DNA of 64,000 nt. Source: Polyangia bacterium (GTDB lineage Bacteria > Myxococcota_A > Polyangia > Palsa-1104 > JAEUJZ01). Under the pieces are notes generated by a model. It had not been told where the DNA came from, searched no databases, and worked only from the letters and a program-made list of their open reading frames with translations. The translations under genes and the position numbers were made by a program. The stretch covers positions 813-64,812 of the forward strand of contig JBGANQ010000054.1 in the NCBI GenBank assembly GCA_044222245.1, given 5' to 3'. This document shows positions 21,066-30,101 of the stretch, one piece after another (position 1 is the stretch's first letter; every line of letters starts with the position of its first letter).

Positions 21066-22676
21066 TCAGTCGCTGAGGGCGGCGGTGAACTCGGCGGCGC
21101 TGTGCGGCCAGCACTGCGCCGGGCGGTCGGCATCGCTCAGATCTTCTAGGAGCGGGGTCGCCAGGGGCGGCACGGCGGCCTGGGCGGCGTCGTCCTCGCC
21201 GCCGTAGAAGACGCACCACTTGCGCCACGGCGGCATCGCCGGTGGATCCGCCGGCGGCTTGGTCGCGGCGGCGAAGGCGCGGAAGACCTCGCGGAAGCGG
21301 CGCTGGCGGCAGCTGTGCGACTGGCCGGTGGGCAGGTGCTCCTTGACCGTGCGACCGACCTGGCGGCCGGTGCCCTCGACGGCGCCGACAAGGCCGGTCG
21401 CGAGCGGGCGGGTGTGCACGCCCTGGGCGTCGCAGGTCACGTCGCGGATGAAGATCCCGGTCACCCGCTCGGGGGTCACCAGCCTGTCGGCAAGGAGGTT
21501 GGTGTAGACCTCGGGATCGCGCTCGCCAGAGTCGCCGACCAGGACGAAGCGGCGGTGCGGGTAGCTGGCCAGCAGCGGCGCGATCTGGCGCCGCTTGGTG
21601 ATGAGCGGGCTTGTGGACAAAAGCTCGATGGTGGCCCCCTCGCGCAGGCGGAACCACTTCAGGTGATAGGTGGCCAGCGGGAAGGGGTGGCGGGTCATCA
21701 GCTCTTCGCGCAGCGGCTTGTACAGCGGCAGGGGGCTGGAGGAGATGAAGTGCAGCGCCAGGCCGGGGCTGTGCTGCTGCCAGCGGGAGTACAGCTGGGC
21801 CAGGCCCGGGGTGGCGCGGAACGGCTCGAAGAAGGTCCCCTGCAGGAGCGCCGGCTTGAAGCCGACGTGCGAGATGCGGACCGTGTCGTCGATGTCGCTG
21901 ATGATCGACACCTCGGTGGCGACATCGCGCAGGAGGAACGCCTCGGCGCTGTCGCGCACCGGGGGACTGCCGGCGGGGGCGGCGCCGAGCAGCTCGGCCT
22001 CTAGCCGCAGCGGCTGCCCCTGCGGGCTGAGCAGCTGCACCTGCTCGTCGCTGAGCGTCACCTTGCCGCAGAACAGGCCGCCCGGGTTGGTCACCGGGGA
22101 CAGCCGCGGCAGCGGCGTCTCGTCGGGAAACAGCAGGAGCGTCTGGCAGAACGGATCATCGGCGGCGGGCTGCAGGGGCTGCGGCTCGCTGATCACCCCG
22201 GCGAGGTCGCCGACCCGCAGCGCGATGCGCTGGTTGCACAGGTTGTCGACGAAAAAGCGCCCGAGCCGGCCCGGCGGCAGCGCGAGCGGGCCAGCGGCGC
22301 CGGTGGCCGGCGCGGGAGCACTCGGCTGCCGGAGCAGCACGCTCAGCGCTTCGCGGGAGAGGGTGGCGAGCGTCCCCGAGCACTCGCTGCGCGTGGGCGA
22401 GATCGGCGCGTAGACCCAGCCGAGCACCGGGATCGTCCAGGTGCCCCGCCCCGTCGCGTCCACGCCGCGGCGCGCCGGCGCGGGCAGCAGCAGGAGCTGC
22501 CGCGGCGAGTCGGCGGTCGTCGCCGAGCTGCAGACGCTGGCGTCGATGCAGGTGCTGCGCGGCGGCGCCGCCGTGGCCTCTGCCGCCCCCAGAACAAGGG
22601 AGCCCAGCGTCAGGCACAGAGCCTTCAGGGTCAGGGTCGGGGAGTCTTTCTGCCGGGCGCTGCCAGGAGCGTTCAT
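21066..22676 (-). CDS. Secreted App1/DUF2183-like phosphatase
   Basis: Signal peptide, then the IISDIDDTVRISH...FVLVGDSGERDPEVY pattern (HAD-like DxDxT / GDS..D) typical of DUF2183. Confidence 0.65.
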   Translation of the reverse strand: MNAPGSARQKDSPTLTLKALCLTLGSLVLGAAEATAAPPRSTCIDASVCSSATTADSPRQLLLLPAPARRGVDATGRGTWTIPVLGWVYAPISPTRSECSGTLATLSREALSVLLRQPSAPAPATGAAGPLALPPGRLGRFFVDNLCNQRIALRVGDLAGVISEPQPLQPAADDPFCQTLLLFPDETPLPRLSPVTNPGGLFCGKVTLSDEQVQLLSPQGQPLRLEAELLGAAPAGSPPVRDSAEAFLLRDVATEVSIISDIDDTVRISHVGFKPALLQGTFFEPFRATPGLAQLYSRWQQHSPGLALHFISSSPLPLYKPLREELMTRHPFPLATYHLKWFRLREGATIELLSTSPLITKRRQIAPLLASYPHRRFVLVGDSGERDPEVYTNLLADRLVTPERVTGIFIRDVTCDAQGVHTRPLATGLVGAVEGTGRQVGRTVKEHLPTGQSHSCRQRRFREVFRAFAAATKPPADPPAMPPWRKWCVFYGGEDDAAQAAVPPLATPLLEDLSDADRPAQCWPHSAAEFTAALSD

Positions 22677-22928
22677 CGGACCTCACAAAGAGCGAAGTTG
22701 CGGCCGCGGCTCGGCCGGCCGGTCAAGACCGAGCTGCTGCGCCATTGTATCGGCGGTCGGCGGCCGGGCGCAGGCCGTATTGGCGAGCCGTCGGCCGGCG
22801 GCGGCTCACTTTGCCCTTTCGGCGCCCCCGGCGAAGAAGGTACGATAACCGCAGGCGTACTGTCGTCGCTGCGCGCGTCCTGGGCCAAGGGGCCTGGGCG
22901 GCGCCAGAGCCCAGGCGCCGCCGCGCCC

Positions 22929-25328
22929 ATGAGCCGCCAGGGATTCCTGATTCAGGCCAGCGTTCGACCGCGCTCCCGGGCCGCCGGCCCGCCGGTGCTG
23001 CAGCTCTATGGCCGCCTCGCCGAGGGCCAGACTTTCCTCGTCTGCGAGGATCGCGAGTCGCCGTACTTCTTCATTCGCACCGCGGACGCCGAGCGGGCCG
23101 GGGCGCTGTTGCGGCAGGCCGGGGCCGCGCTGGCGCCGACGACCCGGCAGACGCTGCAGGGCGAGGCGGTGACCCGGGTCGAGCTGGCGGTGCCGGCCGC
23201 CCTGCAGGCCCTGAGCCGCCACCTCGGCGAGGCCGGCGTGGCGACCTACGAGGCGGATCTCAACCCGGTGGCGCGCTACCTGATCGATCGCGGCGTGCGC
23301 GGCAGCCTGGAGATCCATGGTCCGGCGCGGCCCGGTCGCCCCGAGGAGGGGGCAGAGCTGGTCTTCCACAACCCCGAGGTCTCCCCGGGCTCGGGCATCC
23401 CGCGGCTGGTCGTGCTGGCGCTGCGCGTCGCCACCGGCGCCGATGGCGCGCTGCAGGCGGTCGCCCTGCACGGGGCGGCCGGCGGCGAGCTTCTGCAGCG
23501 GCGCGCGCCCGCGGACCCGGCAGCCGACCCGGCGAGCTTTGCCGACGAGCGGGCGCTGCTCCTGGCGCTGGTGCGGCGGGTGCGCGCCTGCGATCCCGAT
23601 GTGCTCGTCGGCTGGGAGGTGGTGGCGGGGGAGCTGGCGCCGCTGCTCCTGGCGGCGCAGCGGGCGCGGGTGCCGCTTTCGCTGGGCCGCCGGCCGGGGA
23701 CCATCCAGCTCTCGCCCGGCGCCGCCCGCGGCCGCGGTGGGCCGCCGCGCGCGGTGGTCAGCGGCCGCATGGTGATAGACGCCGCGGCGCTGGTGCAGAC
23801 GGTCGCCCCGCAGGCGAGCGATGAGGCCCTGGAGGTCGTGGCCCGGCGCATCCTTTCTGAGAGAGCGCTGGCCGCCGCGGCGCCCCCGGCCAGCGGCGGC
23901 GCGGCGTCGCTGCTCGCCGAGGCGCGCGCGGTCTACGAGCTCACCGCCAAGCTGCAGCTCATCGAGCTGACCGCGCAGCGCAGCCGGCTGTGCGGGCTGC
24001 CGCTCGATCGCATCCATGCCAGCGTCGCCGCCTTCGACTACCTGTACCTGCTCGAGCTCGGCCGCCGGGGCTTTGTCGCCCCGACCTTCCAAAGGCCGCG
24101 CGAGCCGGGCGAGGCGGTGGTCGGCGGCCACATCATCGCGCCCTTGCCCGGGGTGTACCGCGGGGTGGTGGTGCTCGACTTTCGCAGCCTGTACCCGAGC
24201 CTCATCCGCACCTTTCAGATCGATCCGCTGGGCCTGCTGCCCGCCGAGGCCGCCGTCCCCGCCGAGCAGACGATCGTCGCCCCGACCGGCGTCCGCTTCC
24301 GGCGCCAGCTCGGCGTGCTCACCGTCATCCTCGATCAGATCTTTCCGCTGCGCGCCGCCGCCAAGGCCGAGGGGGACGCCGCCGCCAGCCAGGCCATCAA
24401 GCTGCTTATGAACTCGCTCTACGGGGTGCTCGGCAGCCCCGGCTGCCGCTTCCACCGCCCCGAGCTCGCCAACGCAGTGACCAGCTTCGGCCGCGAGCTG
24501 CTCAAGTGGTCGCGCGCCCGCGTCGAGTCGTACGGCCACCGCGTGGTCTACGGCGACACCGACAGCCTGTTCATCGAGTCCGGGTGCAGCGGCGACTCCC
24601 CAGCCGCGGTCGCCGAGCTGCGCGCGATGGGTGAGGAGCTGGCAGCGCGGCTGACCCGCGACCTGGGCGACCACATCCGCCGCACCTGGGGGGTGGAGAG
24701 TCGGCTGACCCTGCAGCTGCAGACGGTCTACCTGCGGCTCCTGCTGACCCGGCTGCGGCGCGCCGGCCGGCGGGCGGCCGGCGGCGACCTGCAGCGCGAC
24801 GGGGTGGCCAGCGCGCTCGGCGCCGCCAAGCGCTACGCCGGCCTGTGCCCCGAGGGCCTGCGCGGCGAGCGGCGGCGCGTCGTGTTCGTCGGCATGGAGG
24901 CCGTGCGCCGCGACGCCACCGACCTGTGCAAAGAGGCCCAGCGGGCGGTGCACGAGCTCTTGTTCGCCGACCGCCCAGCGGCCGAGCTCATCAACTACCT
25001 GCACCGCCTGATCAGCGACCTGCGGCGCGGCCACTACGACGGCCAGCTCGTCTACCGCAAGACCCTGCGCCGCGACCCGGACAGCTACCACCACGGCCTG
25101 CCGCCCCACGTCGCGGTGGCCCGGCGCCTCGGCCTGCCGGTCGGCCGCCTGGTGCGCTACGTGATGACCACCGCCGGGCCCGAGCCCGCCGCCGCCCGCA
25201 CCCATCCCCTGGACTACGACCACTACCTCGACAAGCAGCTGCGCCCGGCGACCGAGCCAGTGCTGGCCCTTTACGGCCTGGACTTCGCGCAGCTTGACGG
25301 CCGCGACCGCCAGCTCAAGCTGTTCTGA
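22929..25328 (+). CDS. polB: Family-B DNA polymerase (Pol II)
   Basis: Motif A (VVLDFRSLYPSLI), motif C (VVYGDTDSLF) and KLLMNSLYG. At 799 aa from ATG 22929 it is similar in size to E. coli Pol II. Confidence 0.9.
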   Translation: MSRQGFLIQASVRPRSRAAGPPVLQLYGRLAEGQTFLVCEDRESPYFFIRTADAERAGALLRQAGAALAPTTRQTLQGEAVTRVELAVPAALQALSRHLGEAGVATYEADLNPVARYLIDRGVRGSLEIHGPARPGRPEEGAELVFHNPEVSPGSGIPRLVVLALRVATGADGALQAVALHGAAGGELLQRRAPADPAADPASFADERALLLALVRRVRACDPDVLVGWEVVAGELAPLLLAAQRARVPLSLGRRPGTIQLSPGAARGRGGPPRAVVSGRMVIDAAALVQTVAPQASDEALEVVARRILSERALAAAAPPASGGAASLLAEARAVYELTAKLQLIELTAQRSRLCGLPLDRIHASVAAFDYLYLLELGRRGFVAPTFQRPREPGEAVVGGHIIAPLPGVYRGVVVLDFRSLYPSLIRTFQIDPLGLLPAEAAVPAEQTIVAPTGVRFRRQLGVLTVILDQIFPLRAAAKAEGDAAASQAIKLLMNSLYGVLGSPGCRFHRPELANAVTSFGRELLKWSRARVESYGHRVVYGDTDSLFIESGCSGDSPAAVAELRAMGEELAARLTRDLGDHIRRTWGVESRLTLQLQTVYLRLLLTRLRRAGRRAAGGDLQRDGVASALGAAKRYAGLCPEGLRGERRRVVFVGMEAVRRDATDLCKEAQRAVHELLFADRPAAELINYLHRLISDLRRGHYDGQLVYRKTLRRDPDSYHHGLPPHVAVARRLGLPVGRLVRYVMTTAGPEPAAARTHPLDYDHYLDKQLRPATEPVLALYGLDFAQLDGRDRQLKLF

Positions 25329-25338
25329 GCGGCGGACG

Positions 25339-26160
25339 CTACTTGCCCTGGAAGCGCGCCGGCCGCTTCTGCACGTAGGCGCTGATGCCCTCCTTGGCGT
25401 CGGCGGACTGGAACAGCTGCTGCTGCAGCTCGCGCTCCAGGGCGAGGCCGGCGGAAAGCGGCAGCTCGGCGCCGGTCTGCACTGCGCGCTTGATGCGGCC
25501 GACCGCCATGGCGGCGCGCTCGGGCGGGCAGAAGCCGCGGGCATACTCGACGGCGGCGGCGAGGAAGCTTGTGCCCGCCGGCGGGGTCAAAAGGTCGGTC
25601 AAAAGGCCCAGGCCGTGGGCGCCCTCGACGCTCATGTTCTGGCCCTTGACCATCAGGGCGAGCGCCCGGGCGCTGCCGAGTAGCCGCGGCAGCCGCTGCG
25701 TCCCGCCGGTGCCCGGCAGCACCCCGAGCCCGACCTCGGGCAGCCCGAGCTTGAACGTGGCGCCGGCGGGAGCGACGCGCAGATCGGCGGCCAGCGCCAC
25801 CTCCAGACCGCCGCCGACGCAGTGGCCGTTGATGGCGGCGACCACCAGCTTGGGCGTCTGCTCCAGGCGCAGCAGCGTCTCGTTGGCGTGCAGGCAGAAC
25901 GAGTACTTGAAGGCCGGCGTCACGCGGTCGAGCATGGCGATGTCCGCCCCGGCGCAGAAGAACTTTTCGCCGGCCCCGGTGAGGACGATGACGTGCACCT
26001 CTTCGTCCATGCGGGCGCGCAGGATCGCCGCGTCGAGCGCCTGCATCATCTCGTAGGAGTAGGTGTTGGCGGGCGGGTTGTGCAGGGTCAGGATTGCCAC
26101 GCCGCCCTCGACGTGGTAGCGGCACAGCTCGGGCTGCGCGGCCGAGTTTTGTGTGATCAT
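25339..26160 (-). CDS. Enoyl-CoA hydratase/isomerase (crotonase)
   Basis: VIVLTGAGEKFFCAGADI...AAINGHCVGGGLEVALAADLRVA. Confidence 0.9.
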   Translation of the reverse strand: MITQNSAAQPELCRYHVEGGVAILTLHNPPANTYSYEMMQALDAAILRARMDEEVHVIVLTGAGEKFFCAGADIAMLDRVTPAFKYSFCLHANETLLRLEQTPKLVVAAINGHCVGGGLEVALAADLRVAPAGATFKLGLPEVGLGVLPGTGGTQRLPRLLGSARALALMVKGQNMSVEGAHGLGLLTDLLTPPAGTSFLAAAVEYARGFCPPERAAMAVGRIKRAVQTGAELPLSAGLALERELQQQLFQSADAKEGISAYVQKRPARFQGK

Positions 26161-26211
26161 GGTGGCGGCAGTCTAGCGCAGACTTCGCGGTCGGGGTATG
26201 CGGCTGCGCGG

Positions 26212-27801
26212 TCAGCGGGCCGGCACCGGATCGATCGGCGTGCGCGGGAAGTCGGCGGCGCCCTGGACGCGCGCTTCGATGGCCGCCATCACTGCCAGCG
26301 CCACGTCCTCGCGGTAGGGGCGGGCGGCGACCTGGACGCCCACCGGCAGGCCGGCGGCGCCGCGCATCACCTGGGCGCAGCGGCGAGACAGCGAGTCCAG
26401 GGGGCGCGGACCGTCCCAGCTCGTCTCGGCCGCCTGCACCCGGGTGACCGGCACGATGCCGGCGGGGAAGTTGAGCATGACGTAGCGGAACATGTAGCTC
26501 AGCGTCAGCGTCAGATCGCCCGAGGTCCCAAGCTGCATCGCCGGCAGGACGTGCGGCGGCAGCACCACCGCGTCGAGCTCCTGGGTGTTCCAGGCGTCCA
26601 GCTCGAGGTGACAGAGCTCGGTGCGGCGGGCGGTGAGCCGCCACAGCTCGGCCACCGGCTTGCTCCCCAGGGTGGCCAAGAGCTCGGCCAGGCGGTGCTC
26701 GCCGCGATAGGTGAGCAGGCGCCCGAGCGCGGTGCGCGCCGGCGCCGGGAGCAGCGCCCCATACAGGGCCGGGCGCAGCTGCGCGCACACCGGGTCCTGC
26801 GCCAGCTGGGCGCGCAGGGTGGCGCCGCCATCGCTGGAGATCGCCGACAGCCACAGGTAGATAAGCTCGGCGGCCGCGGGCGGCTGATAGGGGAGCACCG
26901 TCGCCCCGGCGTCGCGCAGCGCCTGCGCTGCGGTGCGCACCGCGCGCTGGATGGTCGGCGCCGGGGTCAAAAACCCGTCGTCTTCGCAGACGCCGATGCG
27001 CAGCCCGGACAGCGGCACCGCCGCCGGGTCGCCCACGGGCAGCGGCACCACCACTGGATCGCGGCGGCTCTGCCGGCGAGGATCCAGGGCGGCCATCACC
27101 AGCCCGAGGTCGCGCACGCTGCGCGCGAGCGGTCCCATCTGCGGCTTGACCACCTCCTGCCCGGGGATGCCGCCGCGCATGCCGCGCGCCGACCAGCGAT
27201 TCAGCGTCGGCTTGAGCCCGCACACGCCGCAGAAGTGGGCCGGGATGCGGATCGAGCCGCCGATGTCAGTGCCGATCCCAAGCGGCGTCTGCCCCGACGC
27301 CAGCGCCGCGCCCTCGCCGCCGCTGGAGCCGCCCGGGCTGCGCCCGCCGTCAAAGGGGTTGCGGGTGACGCCATAGACGGCGTTATCCGACTCCTGCACG
27401 AGTAGCAGCTGCGGCACGTTGGTCTTGCCAAGGACGATGGCGCCGGCGGCGCGCAGCTCGGCGACCACCAGTGCATCGGCCGCGGCGGGACGGTAGAGCC
27501 GACTGCGCAGCCCGAGGGTGGTGTCGGTGCCGCGGACGTCGATGTTGTCCTTGATGGTCAGCGGCAGCCCGTGCAGCGGCCCGAGCTCACCTGCGGCCGA
27601 CCGCCGCCGCGCCGCATCGGCGGCCTGCGCCTCGGCGCGCGCCTGAGCGTCCAGGCGCACGGTGAAGGCACCGAGCTGCCCGTCGACACGCTGGCGGCGG
27701 GCGATCAGCGCCTCGACAATCTCGACCGACGAGACCTCGCGGCGAGCGAGCGCGGCAAGCAGCGCGGTCGCGTCCAGCTCGTGCAGCGGCGCAGATATCA
27801 T
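26212..27801 (-). CDS. Amidase-signature amidase
   Basis: GGSSGGEGAALA and GTDIGGSIRIPA signature. Confidence 0.9.
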   Translation of the reverse strand: MISAPLHELDATALLAALARREVSSVEIVEALIARRQRVDGQLGAFTVRLDAQARAEAQAADAARRRSAAGELGPLHGLPLTIKDNIDVRGTDTTLGLRSRLYRPAAADALVVAELRAAGAIVLGKTNVPQLLLVQESDNAVYGVTRNPFDGGRSPGGSSGGEGAALASGQTPLGIGTDIGGSIRIPAHFCGVCGLKPTLNRWSARGMRGGIPGQEVVKPQMGPLARSVRDLGLVMAALDPRRQSRRDPVVVPLPVGDPAAVPLSGLRIGVCEDDGFLTPAPTIQRAVRTAAQALRDAGATVLPYQPPAAAELIYLWLSAISSDGGATLRAQLAQDPVCAQLRPALYGALLPAPARTALGRLLTYRGEHRLAELLATLGSKPVAELWRLTARRTELCHLELDAWNTQELDAVVLPPHVLPAMQLGTSGDLTLTLSYMFRYVMLNFPAGIVPVTRVQAAETSWDGPRPLDSLSRRCAQVMRGAAGLPVGVQVAARPYREDVALAVMAAIEARVQGAADFPRTPIDPVPAR

Positions 27802-27890
27802 GGCCGCAGCTTACCAGCCCGCGGCGGCCCTGCCTTCCCATTAATATTATATAGACATTACGCCAGCCTGGCCCCCTCCGGGTTCTCCGC

Positions 27891-27919
27891 TTGACGCCGC
27901 TGGTCTTTGCTATGATTAT
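27891..27919 (+). promoter_or_regulatory. Sigma70-like promoter for ncRNA unit 1
   Basis: TTGACG (27891-96), a 17-nt spacer, then GATTAT (27914-19). G27927, the first base of the RNA closing helix, lies 7 nt downstream. Confidence 0.5.
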
Positions 27920-27926
27920 ATTTTTC

Positions 27927-28054
27927 GTGTCCGGCCGCGCAGGCCCTACAAGCTATCTGGTTCAACTCCAGAATGTTCGCACTTGCGAATATCGCCGTGG
28001 TGGCAAAATCGATTCACTCGATCAAATGGCTTGCGCACTCGGACACAGATTTTG
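27927..28054 (+). ncRNA. Structured RNA unit 1: Y-RNA/YrlA-like candidate with a tRNA-like T-arm
   Basis: - Closing helices: 27927-33 pairs with 28040-46 (7 bp), then a GCC/ACT internal loop, then 27937-45 pairs with 28028-36 (9 bp including one G-U).
- Internal hairpins: TCTGG-TTCAACT-CCAGA (27956-72, a T-loop-like UUCRANY), an 8-bp hairpin at 27973-92, GCC-GTGGT-GGC, and ATCGA-TTCAC-TCGAT.
- A short U tract follows at 28050-53. Confidence 0.65.
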
Positions 28055-28149
28055 AAATAACCGACGAAGGCGCGGTGCTCACCGCCGCTCGCAGCCACCC
28101 TCCGGGAGGCGCCCTTCGCCGGACTCGGTGACGAGCGTAGATTCGTTTT

Positions 28150-28245
28150 GCGCCCGGCCGAAGAGGCCCTACAAGCGTGCCCTAACGGGTACACCGATTT
28201 TTGGTAAATCGACAATGGCTTCTTCACTCGGGCGCAATTTTTTTT
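28150..28245 (+). ncRNA. Structured RNA unit 2: smaller paralogue of unit 1 (YrlB-like candidate)
   Basis: It has the same architecture as unit 1. 28150-56 pairs with 28229-35, there is a GCC/ACT loop, and 28160-68 pairs with 28217-25 with the G-U at the same place. There are two 6-bp hairpins (28177-92 and 28195-211), and the RNA ends in AAT8. Five base pairs differ from unit 1 by compensatory changes. Confidence 0.65.
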
Positions 28246-28296
28246 GAGCACAAGTCGTCCAGCTAATTAGCAATTTATTTCAGGTGGTTAGACGAA

Positions 28297-30096
28297 ATGA
28301 CCAGCACCACCACCCGCCCGCTGCCAGAGGCCCAGCTCGGGCCGGCCGAGAAGCTGCTTGATCTGGTCCTCAGCTCCGGGGCCCACCTGTGGCACAACCG
28401 CCTGGGCCAGGAGGTCGCCGACAAGTGGCAGCCGCTGATCCTGCCGCGGGCGCGCCCCGGCCGCCTGCGGTCGATCCCGCGCGGGGCGCTGCCGCCGGGG
28501 CTGTTCGTCAAGGCGGCGGTGGCGCTGTACCGGCGGCTCATCGAGATCTACAAGCTCAACAGCGAGCTGTTCGCCCACTTTGCCAGCTACGCGATCCTGG
28601 AGACCGACTGGCGCGATCTGAAGGTCGCCTGCGCGGCGCTGCTCCTGGTGCAGCCGCGGGCCGGGCTGCCGGTGCGCGGCGAAGGCGGGGCGGTCGAGTT
28701 CCACGATGACGACTACCGCGCCCTGGGCGAGGCGATGCTGCTGTTCCACCAGCAGAAGTCGACCCGCGCGATGTCGCCCAAGGCGGTGCTGCGGGTCGCT
28801 GAGCTCCTGGAGACGGCGGAGATCGCGCAGCTCAACCGCCAGGCCGGCTTTGCCGGGGCGGCCTCGCGCAAGGCGCCGCTTGGCCGCTGGCCGCAGGCGG
28901 CGCGCGCCTGGCTGCGCCTGCGCGAGCGTAACCTGCCGATGCTGCAGGGGCTGGTCAAGGCGGGCTACAAGGAGACGATCAAGAAGCTGGCGCGCAAGTG
29001 CGGCTACAAGCCCGACAGCCAGGTCTTCTTCGAGGTGCTCGGCTGGAAGCAGAAGCAGACGGCGGCCGGCCACCGCGAGGTCGGCCTGAGCGGCCTTTTG
29101 CTGCGCAAGAGCGAGCGCTTCGACGGCTTCAGCGAGCAGGAGGTCTGCGAGTACATCGTCTCGGAGAAGCTGACCTACAAGGAGGTCGTCGGCCGGCTGC
29201 CGCGCGAGCTGGGCCTGACGCCGGCGATCATGGTCGCGCTTTTGCCTTCGCTGTCCGACACCGACCTGCGGCTGCTCACCCCGACCCTGGAGGGGCTCGG
29301 GCTGCTCGCCGACGCCGAGATCCGCCGCCGCTGGGAGCGCGCCATCGCCAGCGCCACTGACCAGCGCAGCCTCAACATCGCCAAGAACGTGCGCAGCCAG
29401 GTGCTGCGCGACAAGCTGGGCGAGGCGGCCGACAACGCCGCCCGCAAGGCGGTGGCGGCGGCGACCGCGGACGCCGACCTGCGGGTGATGTTCCTCATCG
29501 ACAAGTCGGGCTCGATGCAAGGGGCGATCGAGCAGTCTAAAGAGGCGCTGTCGCGCATCCTGGCCGGCTTCCCCGCCGCCAAGCTGCACATCGCCACCTT
29601 CGACACGATGGGCACCGTGCTTGTCCCCAAGGCGGCGAGCCGGGCGGCGGTGCAGCACATGCTGCAAAGCGTCCAGGCCTCGGGCGGGACGATCCACGGC
29701 GCGGCGCTGCGCGCCCTGCACCGCAGCGGCGTACGCATCCCCGACGACGCCCTGCTGGTGGTGATCGTCGTCGGCGATGAGGACGGCGAGGACCCCACCA
29801 AGTTTGCCAGCACGTTCGCCGAGCTCGGGTACAAGCCGGCGGCGCTGGGCCTCATCGTCAGCGTGCGCTCGCGGCGGGGCAGCACCGTCAAGACCGCGGC
29901 CGGCGTGCTGCAGGTGCCGTTCTCCGAGGTGCAGGTCGACCAGTTTGACGACCCCTATCAGGTCCCGCGGGTGCTGCGGGCGATGCTCGATGCCGCCACG
30001 CCCGCGGGCGCCCCGGCGGCCAAGCCGCGCACGAGCTGGGTCGAGAAGGTGATGGCGACGCCGCTATTGCGCAAGCCGGCCGCCGCCCGTCCGTAG
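28297..30096 (+). CDS. Ro60/TROVE-like helical domain plus C-terminal vWA (MIDAS) protein
   Basis: - vWA domain: VMFLIDKSGSM...ATFD...ASGGTIHG...LLVVIVVGDEDGE.
- N-terminal ~390 aa are helical. PLGRWPQAARAWL...LVKAGYKETIKKLARKCGYKPDSQVFFEVLGWK resembles the Ro60 block WGRALRKAIADWY...[21 protein letters not shown]...ITKGW from memory.
- The domain order and length match Rsr/Ro60. Confidence 0.6.
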   Translation: MTSTTTRPLPEAQLGPAEKLLDLVLSSGAHLWHNRLGQEVADKWQPLILPRARPGRLRSIPRGALPPGLFVKAAVALYRRLIEIYKLNSELFAHFASYAILETDWRDLKVACAALLLVQPRAGLPVRGEGGAVEFHDDDYRALGEAMLLFHQQKSTRAMSPKAVLRVAELLETAEIAQLNRQAGFAGAASRKAPLGRWPQAARAWLRLRERNLPMLQGLVKAGYKETIKKLARKCGYKPDSQVFFEVLGWKQKQTAAGHREVGLSGLLLRKSERFDGFSEQEVCEYIVSEKLTYKEVVGRLPRELGLTPAIMVALLPSLSDTDLRLLTPTLEGLGLLADAEIRRRWERAIASATDQRSLNIAKNVRSQVLRDKLGEAADNAARKAVAAATADADLRVMFLIDKSGSMQGAIEQSKEALSRILAGFPAAKLHIATFDTMGTVLVPKAASRAAVQHMLQSVQASGGTIHGAALRALHRSGVRIPDDALLVVIVVGDEDGEDPTKFASTFAELGYKPAALGLIVSVRSRRGSTVKTAAGVLQVPFSEVQVDQFDDPYQVPRVLRAMLDAATPAGAPAAKPRTSWVEKVMATPLLRKPAAARP

Positions 30097-30101
30097 CGCG
30101 C

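Noticed and set aside
22698-22928. 77-codon N-terminal extension of polB
   Set aside because: The extension is Arg/Gly-rich. Starting at ATG 22929 gives a product of Pol II size that begins MSRQGFLIQ.
22806-25544. 912-aa ORF antisense to polB
   Set aside because: polB has the family-B motifs. The antisense translation is Arg/Gly/Ala-rich.
25271-27405. 650-aa (minus) and 527-aa (plus) ORFs across the crotonase/amidase region
   Set aside because: Both are alternative-frame or antisense readings of genes that carry clear signatures.
27956-27972. Possible tRNA gene (GGTTCAACTCC T-arm)
   Set aside because: No acceptor, D or anticodon arms occur in tRNA order around it. The T-arm-like hairpin sits near the 5' side of a larger closed structure, so it is interpreted as tRNA mimicry within an ncRNA.
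27946-28251. 101-aa minus-strand ORF covering the AT-rich gap
   Set aside because: Its codon usage is atypical for this genome, it spans both RNA units, and the repeated covarying helices explain the conservation better than coding does.
28288-29721. 477-aa ORF antisense to the vWA gene
   Set aside because: It has shadow-ORF composition, whereas the plus-strand frame has a MIDAS vWA domain and normal amino-acid usage.
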